The notes under the pieces were generated by a model. It saw only the letters and a program-made list of their open reading frames with translations, did no database searches and was not told the DNA's origin. A DNA stretch of 32,000 bases from NCBI GenBank assembly GCA_005191425.1, contig SUPR01000032.1, positions 3,494 through 35,493 on the forward strand, read 5' to 3'. Positions 10,021 to 17,597 of this stretch are shown here, piece by piece. Each line of letters opens with the position of its first letter. The stretch's first letter is position 1. Source of the stretch: Candidatus Helarchaeota ASGARD archaeon Hel_GB_B. Its GTDB lineage: Archaea > Asgardarchaeota > Lokiarchaeia > Helarchaeales > HEL-GB-B. The position numbers and the translations under genes were made by a program.

Positions 10021-10164
10021 ATATTATCACTTTCTTTTTTAGTTAATTTAAGCGGGAATTTCTTATTTTAGACTATGATACTTCTTTTGATTATTAAAAC
10101 AATGGGTAGAATTTGTATTTTGTCCAGATAAATTTAGTAATTAAAATAAAAATTTTAATAATTA

Positions 10165-11742
10165 TTAAATATGTTTATTTAATCGTTTATACATCTTCTT
10201 ATTCTTATTGTATATTTCAAGAAACTCTCTAAATAAGTCGCTATAAATTTTTCTATTTTCTTTTTTTGGCTTAAAAATTTTGGAATATTTAATATATTTT
10301 GGGATATCATTAAAAGTTATATATCCTAAAGCTACAGAAGCTATAAATGCAGCTCCCCGTGCATTGGCTTGGATTGGGTCTTTAACCTGCCGAATTGTCC
10401 TGTTTAAAACATCTGCATATATTTGGCACCAAATATCTGAACTTGCACCGCCGCCAATAATATTAATTGGCTCCATTTTTCTATTAAAAATAAATTTTTC
10501 TGCAAATTTTAATATCCACCGGGTATTAAATGCCACTCCTTCGAAGACCGCTCTAATTAGTTCAGCTCTTGATGTCTTAAGTGATATATTAAACAGTCCA
10601 CCGCGTACTGTATGGTCTTCAATAGGAGTCCTTTCTCCGTACAGCCAAGGAGTAAAAATTAGTTTATTACTTCCAGCTGGTACAGTTTCCACTATTTTAT
10701 CAAAAATTTTGTAAACATCTGGTAATTTTTCTTCTTTTAATAATTCATCTTTATGGTATAGTAAATTATCTCGTAAAAAAGATAAACAACCTCCAGCAGT
10801 TTCCTGTTCAGTCGCAAGAAAATATTTATCCGGAATAGCTGATGGTAGTGATGCCATATTATGACTTATATCCGTCTTCTTGAAAGGGACATGACAAACG
10901 ATCCATGAAGATGTCCCAATATAAATATGTGATTCATAATCTCTAACTGCACCTGAACCTATTGCTGCAGCTGGAAGGTCTGGAGCTCCCATTATAACTT
11001 TAACATTTTTCTCTAACCCTAACTCGTCTGCAACACTCTTAGATATATTTCCTAATACATCTATCGACCTTTTTAATTCAGGTAATTTTTCTTTTTTAAT
11101 TCCAAAAAATTTTAACAATCCATCATGATAATGGACATTATTCAAATTTCGATTGTCTGTTACCCAATGTAATACGATTGAATTATACGATGCAGCGAAT
11201 TTTCCTGTAAATTTTAAATTTAAAAAGTCAATACATTCAAGAAATTTGTATGTTTTCTCATAAATTTCAGGAAATTCTTCCTTTATATATAATATGTGTG
11301 CAATTGGGTCTTTACCTGATTTTGCAGGCCCACCTCCTGTGAGTTTAAGAAATTTTAATCCTTTAAAAAGACCATATCCATCAATATTCAAAACTCGACC
11401 TTTCAATAACTTTCTGATTAAAGGTTGTCCCCTCGAGTCTAGCCAGATCATTGCCCTCATTAAGTGATTACCGTCTTTATCTACTGCAACGGTACCTGAC
11501 CATTGACTTGAGCAGCTGATCGCCACAATATCTTCGACAGGCACTAAATTTTTATCGAGCAATTTTTTAGATGTCGAAAGAATAGCTTTCCACCATTCAT
11601 CTGGATCTTGCTCAGCACCACCATTTGGTAATAAATATAAGGGTGTTTCTTTAAATTCAAAATCTATTACTTCTCCATAAATTGAAACTAAAGCTGCCTT
11701 TGAACCACTTGTCCCATGGTCATGTGCTAGTATATATTTCAT
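10165..11742 (-). CDS. FGGY-family carbohydrate kinase (xylulokinase-like)
   Basis: AHDHGTSGSKA, EQDP..WW, IWLDSR, IGTS, F.PWL.GER.P, RAV.EGVAF and GGGA.S..W.QI.ADVL motifs. Substrate not determinable. Confidence 0.9.
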   Translation of the reverse strand: MKYILAHDHGTSGSKAALVSIYGEVIDFEFKETPLYLLPNGGAEQDPDEWWKAILSTSKKLLDKNLVPVEDIVAISCSSQWSGTVAVDKDGNHLMRAMIWLDSRGQPLIRKLLKGRVLNIDGYGLFKGLKFLKLTGGGPAKSGKDPIAHILYIKEEFPEIYEKTYKFLECIDFLNLKFTGKFAASYNSIVLHWVTDNRNLNNVHYHDGLLKFFGIKKEKLPELKRSIDVLGNISKSVADELGLEKNVKVIMGAPDLPAAAIGSGAVRDYESHIYIGTSSWIVCHVPFKKTDISHNMASLPSAIPDKYFLATEQETAGGCLSFLRDNLLYHKDELLKEEKLPDVYKIFDKIVETVPAGSNKLIFTPWLYGERTPIEDHTVRGGLFNISLKTSRAELIRAVFEGVAFNTRWILKFAEKFIFNRKMEPINIIGGGASSDIWCQIYADVLNRTIRQVKDPIQANARGAAFIASVALGYITFNDIPKYIKYSKIFKPKKENRKIYSDLFREFLEIYNKNKKMYKRLNKHI

Positions 11743-11826
11743 TTTTCAAGCCGGTCTGAATTATTGTAAATATCTTTTAAATCATAAATGAATTAAAAAA
11801 TAAAATGGTAATAAAAAATTTCTAAA

Positions 11827-13239
11827 TTAACTAAACCATTTTAAGACTGTTTCGTATGCTTTTAAAGTTTCATCTATGACATCATCTGTATGCGCAATAC
11901 ATGTATATCCCCTTGACCCTGCTAATATATGAACTCCTTGCGTCACTAATGCAGCTCCAAATTCGTCCATAACTTTTTTTCGTTCATTTAATTGGTTCAA
12001 AAAGTCATTGTCAGTCATTTTCAAGGCAAGAGGTGCCCCAGTTTCTATATGTAAGATTGATTTATAGTTCCAAGCGACAAATGGTAATTCAAATTTTTCA
12101 AATAATTCATTTATTCCTTTTGTAATTTTATCACCCGCTCGTCCTGCTACTTCTACTGCATTTGTACGGGCAATCTCTTTAATTGCATAATAGGCTGCCA
12201 TTGCAGTTATTGGATTAGCTGCTAATGTCCCTCCTGTATATGCTTTCTTTTTAATTCCTTCAATTCCTCCAGCTAAAACATCCATTATTTCTGATTTTCC
12301 TCCTACTCCACCACAACTCGGATATCCGTGACCTATAATTTTCCCAAAAGTTGTAAGATCTGGTCTGACTCCAAAATATTCTGCTGCACCACCCATTGAT
12401 AATCTAAAACCTGTAACTACTTCATCAAAAATTAAAAGCGAATTATATTCATCACATATTTCTCTTAAAAATTTGTTCCAACCTGGTTTTACTGGGTGTG
12501 TCCCAGATTCTCCACCCAATGGCTCGACAATAACTGCAGCAACTCCACCACCTTTTTCCTCTGCTTTTTGGAATATCCGCCTCATTTTTTTCTCATTATT
12601 TGGTGGCGCTTCAATAACATGTTTTTGATAATCTTTTGGAATCCCATGAGCCTCTAAAGATTTGGTACCTGGTATATGCATTCCGTATACCATTTCAGAC
12701 GACCATCCATGATATGAACCACCAATTTTAATAATTTTAAGTTTCTCTGTATAGGTACGAGCGACTCTTATAGCAGACATTACAGCTTCGGTTCCAGATT
12801 GATGAAATCTAAATTTTTCTATCCATGGCATGTGTTTTTGGATTTCTTTTATTGTTTTTACTTCCCACTCTGAAGTAACTCCATGTGCTGGGCCCTTCTC
12901 TCGAATTAGTTCTATAATTGCATCTCGTATTACAGGATAATTATGTCCCAATATTATTGGAGCTCCCATCATTAAATAATCAATATATTTATTATTATCA
13001 ATATCCCATAAATAACATCCTTCAGTTTTGTCCATTGTTATTGGAAAAGGCCATCTTAAACTTAAATTATGTTCTAGGCCTCCTGGGATAACCTTTTTTG
13101 CTTCTTCAAACATAGCTTTTGATTTTTTCCTTTTATTATCATAATCTTTTTCTATTTTAGAGATATATTCTGGGGCGATCCTTCTTATTGGTGATTCTAT
13201 AATTCCTCTTAGTCTCTTTATTATTTCTTCATATTCCAT
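11827..13239 (-). CDS. class III PLP aminotransferase, glutamate-1-semialdehyde aminomutase-like
   Basis: WDIDNNKYIDY...PIILGH, SGTEA, GSYHG, LIFDEV.TGFR, PLP lysine in FGKIIG and GT..ANP. Differs from canonical HemL at the gating loop and GGGLP motif. Confidence 0.85.
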   Translation of the reverse strand: MEYEEIIKRLRGIIESPIRRIAPEYISKIEKDYDNKRKKSKAMFEEAKKVIPGGLEHNLSLRWPFPITMDKTEGCYLWDIDNNKYIDYLMMGAPIILGHNYPVIRDAIIELIREKGPAHGVTSEWEVKTIKEIQKHMPWIEKFRFHQSGTEAVMSAIRVARTYTEKLKIIKIGGSYHGWSSEMVYGMHIPGTKSLEAHGIPKDYQKHVIEAPPNNEKKMRRIFQKAEEKGGGVAAVIVEPLGGESGTHPVKPGWNKFLREICDEYNSLLIFDEVVTGFRLSMGGAAEYFGVRPDLTTFGKIIGHGYPSCGGVGGKSEIMDVLAGGIEGIKKKAYTGGTLAANPITAMAAYYAIKEIARTNAVEVAGRAGDKITKGINELFEKFELPFVAWNYKSILHIETGAPLALKMTDNDFLNQLNERKKVMDEFGAALVTQGVHILAGSRGYTCIAHTDDVIDETLKAYETVLKWFS

Positions 13240-13481
13240 TTCTAATCATCATCCTTAAAACTAAATGTTTTATTATTTAATTTTCTGTATATTTAGATTT
13301 GTGTTCATTAAAATAAAAATTTACTAATAAGAAAAAAATATTTCTGTCGTTTTAAATTTTTACAGATGAATGGTAATTACCCTCAAATAAAATACAATAA
13401 ATGTTATTATTTAAAAAAATATAAGTTGAAAATTGGGATTTTCTAAATAATATATCAAATTAATACTTATTATTAGTCAAT

Positions 13482-14219
13482 TTATTTTTTTAGTTTTCTT
13501 GCTGGCATTCCCATATATATTGAATAAGGTTCAAGTTTCTGGTCAATTTCAGTTAAAGAAGCTGCTCCTAAAGTTGTATGCTCTCCAATTTCCGTTCCTG
13601 GCATGACAATAGCTTTAGCGCCGACAATTGCTCCATCATGAAGTTTCACTTTTTTCAAAATAAATAAATCGCCGTCTATATAATGAGAAAGTACAATGCT
13701 CCCAAGTCCTATCATACAATTATTTCCTGTTTCAATAAATTCTGTATCGATCCATCCGTCATACATAACGCTTGACATACCACACTTATTAAATTTGGAT
13801 CCTGATAAGAAGTTATAAACGACAAAATCTAGCCAGGGAAACGCAGAATATCGCATAAAAGTAAAAGGTAAGGACCTAATAAATGTCCGTAAGTTCCAAT
13901 AGAAATAATCTTTAGTTTCATTAATTTTAAAGACGCCTTCTCTTGGAGGGTAAATTTTACACACAATTACTAAAAATATTTTTGCAATCCAAGCTGTCAA
14001 AAGAATAAACATCCAATAGATTTCAAGAATATACAATGGAAGTAAAAACCATGACCACCAATATATCACTAGGTTTAAATAACATATATATCCCCAAAAA
14101 ACTGTTGGGATCGCGGCTAACCATATTTCTAAAATATAGATTATAATATATTTGCTATAAAACAAATTATTAGTAGTAATTGGGCCTAAATTAACACTAG
14201 GTGGCTTTGCTGATGCCAT
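13482..14219 (-). CDS. membrane-anchored left-handed beta-helix (hexapeptide) acyltransferase-like protein, paralogue B
   Basis: Two N-terminal hydrophobic segments, PPREG motif, then hexapeptide repeats (VKLHDGAIVGAKAIVMPGTEIGEHTTLGA). Overlaps the upstream gene by 23 nt. Confidence 0.8.
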   Translation of the reverse strand: MASAKPPSVNLGPITTNNLFYSKYIIIYILEIWLAAIPTVFWGYICYLNLVIYWWSWFLLPLYILEIYWMFILLTAWIAKIFLVIVCKIYPPREGVFKINETKDYFYWNLRTFIRSLPFTFMRYSAFPWLDFVVYNFLSGSKFNKCGMSSVMYDGWIDTEFIETGNNCMIGLGSIVLSHYIDGDLFILKKVKLHDGAIVGAKAIVMPGTEIGEHTTLGAASLTEIDQKLEPYSIYMGMPARKLKK

Positions 14220-15009
14220 TTTTTCTAATCATCTCCAATCTACTTCTTAATATTTTAGTACCTTTTACATCTCTTTTATAAAGAGAGTTATCAAAACCAG
14301 ATTTATAAACAGTAGCAGCTTTTAATTTTTCTAATTTTGGAACACCTGCTCTAGAACGAATTATTGTATATTCTCCCAATTCTACACCTGGGGCTAATAG
14401 AACATCATGTCCTAACTGCGAATTCTTACCCAATTTAATTTTTTTGATTGTAAGCCTGTTCATGCCATCCACTAAATGAGAAGATAGGACGCTTCCAATC
14501 CCTACAATTGTATTATCTTCAAGATAAATAAATTCCAGCCCAATCCATGAATCATAGATCAATACATTTTTTCCGATACTATATAGTCCAAAAGTTTTTA
14601 ACATCCATGGAACCAAAAAATGAAATGGACTACGCAATATAAGCCATAATGGGAACTTTTTTACGAAGCCTCTAAGATGATAATGAAATACAAGTCTGCT
14701 ATTAAAATCTCTTTCCATATTTTCTCCCTCTCTTGGTTTAGAACGCCAGTGAGATAGTACCAATATAAATTTTGTTAAATAGACTACAAGTACAATATAA
14801 AGAAAAGTCAGCCCCAAAATCACTAACGGTAGAAAAATTAGTCCAATTTGCAAATTATAATTAAAAACCTTTAAATAAATTAATAATAGATAAAACACTG
14901 GATATATCGGAGTTAATACAATAAAAAAATGTATCGGAATATATATTCCTAGGTTTAAATCACTTATTTTAAAATGTAGTTCTTCGTTATTTTTCGATTC
15001 TCCGGTCAT
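14197..15009 (-). CDS. membrane-anchored left-handed beta-helix (hexapeptide) acyltransferase-like protein, paralogue A
   Basis: Two N-terminal hydrophobic segments, KPREG motif and hexapeptide repeats (IKLGKNSQLGHDVLLAPGVELGEYTII). Alignable by eye with 13482-14219. Confidence 0.8.
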   Translation of the reverse strand: MTGESKNNEELHFKISDLNLGIYIPIHFFIVLTPIYPVFYLLLIYLKVFNYNLQIGLIFLPLVILGLTFLYIVLVVYLTKFILVLSHWRSKPREGENMERDFNSRLVFHYHLRGFVKKFPLWLILRSPFHFLVPWMLKTFGLYSIGKNVLIYDSWIGLEFIYLEDNTIVGIGSVLSSHLVDGMNRLTIKKIKLGKNSQLGHDVLLAPGVELGEYTIIRSRAGVPKLEKLKAATVYKSGFDNSLYKRDVKGTKILRSRLEMIRKNGISKAT

Positions 15010-15041
15010 AATTTCTCTGACTACTATATTGTGTAAAAATA

Positions 15042-15857
15042 TTATATAAAATTTTTTAATGATAGCTTATTTTTTATGAACCTAATTAAAATATCTTTGG
15101 ACACTATTCCCAATAATCTTTCAGATTTATCAGTGATGACTAAGATTCTTGTCCCTTTATTAAGCATTTGATCGGCAGCTTCACCAATAGAAGTATCTTT
15201 AGCGATAAAAAATGGTGCTTTACAATATTTTTCAATAATAATCTGTCTTAATCGTTCCTCTTGGTGAACTCCTGGCACTTTTTCACGAAAATCCGAAAAT
15301 GCTCTTGCTAAAACTCCTTCAGTAGCAACTCCCTTAACCGAACTTCTACTACCAACGAGAACATAGCAGACATCTTTTTCAAAAAGAATTCTACGTGCAT
15401 GTATTAACCTGCTATCTTCTGAAATAATTATGGGATTTTTCTCCATAATTTTATCAACAGTAATCGTCTTAATTCTTTGGCAGACTTTTAACATTTCATT
15501 TTGAGAAACAAAACCTACTAATTTGTCATCAACGATTGGGATTCCTGTATACCCCTTGTCATACATAATTTCCGCAACTTTATATACCGAATCATCGGGT
15601 TTAGCGACAACTGGGTCATAGACCATTATATTTGAAATTCTTATTGAACTTGTTTTTAATTTACCAGACTTGATAGACCCCAATCTGTCTAGCAAATCCC
15701 TCTCAGTAATTATACCCTTAAGTTCTTTTTTATTATCTATACACAATAAAATTGATGTTTTATTTTTATCCATTAAGCTCAAGGCATCAATTACTAACCT
15801 ATCCTTATCAATTGAAAATTTTTTAAAATTAATATTCATAATTTCTTCTATATTCAT
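15042..15857 (-). CDS. CBS-domain protein (two CBS pairs)
   Basis: Repeated CBS signatures (GIITERDLL, IMVYDPVVA.PDD, IPIVDDKLVGFVS, LLGIVSKDIL). Confidence 0.88.
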   Translation of the reverse strand: MNIEEIMNINFKKFSIDKDRLVIDALSLMDKNKTSILLCIDNKKELKGIITERDLLDRLGSIKSGKLKTSSIRISNIMVYDPVVAKPDDSVYKVAEIMYDKGYTGIPIVDDKLVGFVSQNEMLKVCQRIKTITVDKIMEKNPIIISEDSRLIHARRILFEKDVCYVLVGSRSSVKGVATEGVLARAFSDFREKVPGVHQEERLRQIIIEKYCKAPFFIAKDTSIGEAADQMLNKGTRILVITDKSERLLGIVSKDILIRFIKNKLSLKNFI

Positions 15858-15902
15858 AAAAATTCATTCCTTTCATAATTTAAATTTTAAAATTAGATTT
15901 AT

Positions 15903-16469
15903 TTAAAGGCAATCATCACATACAAATAGTCCATCTTCTGATTGCTTTAAATCATCACTCCATGCTCCACAAATTTGGCAATATCCAGTATAATTATCTA
16001 CTTGATGTTCGATACTCTCTTCTACAATCTCCATCTGTTGTTTAAGAACTTCTATATAATCTGGAGAATGTTTTAAGACATCGGTCGATGAAATAATTCC
16101 ATATAACTTGTTTTCATACATTACAATTAATCGTTTTACATTATTATTCACCATTTTTCTCATAGCTTCAATTAAATTGTTTTCTCCATCAATAGTAATT
16201 AATGGTTGGGACATTATTTCAGAACATTTTATTGAGCTCGCTTTTTTATTAAATTGTACAACTTTTCGGATTATATCGTCATTAGTAATTATTCCTATAG
16301 GTAAATTCTCTTTATTTACTACTAAGACTGCTCCTATCTTATATTTACTCATTATATTTGCAGCACTTTGAATAGTTTCATTGTATCTAACTGATTTAAT
16401 GTCTTTAGAGCATATATCTTTAACTTGCAAATCTTCTATTTTATTTATATTCATTTCAACATTCTCCAT
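15903..16469 (-). CDS. CBS-pair protein with C-terminal Zn ribbon
   Basis: CBS motifs (PIGIITNDDII, IMSQPLITI, YGIISSTDVL) and terminal CQIC...CDDC. This is a common archaeal architecture. Confidence 0.88.
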   Translation of the reverse strand: MENVEMNINKIEDLQVKDICSKDIKSVRYNETIQSAANIMSKYKIGAVLVVNKENLPIGIITNDDIIRKVVQFNKKASSIKCSEIMSQPLITIDGENNLIEAMRKMVNNNVKRLIVMYENKLYGIISSTDVLKHSPDYIEVLKQQMEIVEESIEHQVDNYTGYCQICGAWSDDLKQSEDGLFVCDDCL

Positions 16470-16628
16470 TTAATTTGATCTTTAATGATAGGTCTTTTAA
16501 TTTACAATTTAAATAATCTTACATATCTTGGAGAATTTAAGAGTAAATTAAAATGTTTTGATCAAATTATTGTAAATAATATTGTTGTCTTTTAAATCTA
16601 TAAAAAAATAATTGAAATTTAAAATTTA

Positions 16629-17486
16629 TTATTTTTGTTCGAAGCTATCAAAACCACCAAACCCACCACCCATTCCACCGAACTTAATACCTAATACTTT
16701 TTGGACAATAAAGCTAAAACCAAAACTACTCGTTAAATAAAATCCAAAAAAGTACAACGCAAATCCTCTGGGTGAAACTGGGATTCCTTGAATAAACATA
16801 CCTACAATAGGGGCTTCCCACACATTAAAAGGAAAGAATCCTACTAATACCCCTGAAAAAAACCAATTAAGTATGAAAAACATAACCATAAAAGGGACCA
16901 TTGTAATTAATGTTGGTTTAAGGCGTTGCCACATCATTTTTCTTTGTATTTTTTCTATGTATTTTTGTTTTCTCTTAACCTTAATCATCAATTTTCTATT
17001 TTTTGTTTCTTTTGCCTCTTTTTCCATTTTTTTATGTTTGTCAATTTCCTTTTGATATCTTTTTAATCGGGGGATGTCCATCATAATTCTGGCAAGTCCA
17101 CTAGTACCAAAAACAATTCCAAAAGATAATAATAATATACACAAAGTATTAATAGGATTCACATTATATTCAATCCAAATTTCTGGCCATAATAACCAAT
17201 GTAAAAGGGTATATGTAATTGTCCATAGTGATACCCATCCTAATACATAAGTCCCTAGTCCTTCCATGAAGACTTTTCCTTTACTCCCTAATTTTTCGTC
17301 TAACTTGAATATGTAAACCATTATTGCCCAATCAACAACTACCATCAACCAGCCAAACCCAACTCCCCATAACTGGGCATTTGGCAGACCATATAAAGCG
17401 TCTAATATTGTAAGAATATGACATACTAAAACTGTCCTAACTGCAAGGAGAAATTTTGTATAATATACTTTATCTTTAATTTCCAT
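16629..17486 (-). CDS. DUF106 (EMC3/TMCO1/Get1-type Oxa1-superfamily) membrane protein with an N-terminal EMC6/RAB5IF(OPTI)-like 3-TM domain
   Basis: C-terminal two thirds: TM, basic coiled coil (LKRYQKEIDKHKK...IQRKMM), KPTLITMVPF, conserved PF, FYLTSS...QKVLG. The N-terminal ~97 aa end in EGLGTYVLGWVSLWTITYTLLH, resembling the EMC6/RAB5IF C-terminus as I recall it. Confidence 0.8.
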   Translation of the reverse strand: MEIKDKVYYTKFLLAVRTVLVCHILTILDALYGLPNAQLWGVGFGWLMVVVDWAIMVYIFKLDEKLGSKGKVFMEGLGTYVLGWVSLWTITYTLLHWLLWPEIWIEYNVNPINTLCILLLSFGIVFGTSGLARIMMDIPRLKRYQKEIDKHKKMEKEAKETKNRKLMIKVKRKQKYIEKIQRKMMWQRLKPTLITMVPFMVMFFILNWFFSGVLVGFFPFNVWEAPIVGMFIQGIPVSPRGFALYFFGFYLTSSFGFSFIVQKVLGIKFGGMGGGFGGFDSFEQK

Positions 17487-17597
17487 TTAACGATTCTTCC
17501 TAAATTATTATAAAAGCAATCATAAAATATATCTTTAAAATTTTAGTAAGTATAATTTATTAAAAGTTTTGATACTAAAATTAAACGATTAAATTCT

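Noticed and set aside
11827-13239. Assigning the symbol hemL
   Set aside because: Key HemL motifs are altered and there is no tetrapyrrole gene context.
15042-16469. Tandem CBS genes as a novel system
   Set aside because: Clusters of stand-alone CBS proteins, including the Zn-ribbon type, are routine in archaea.
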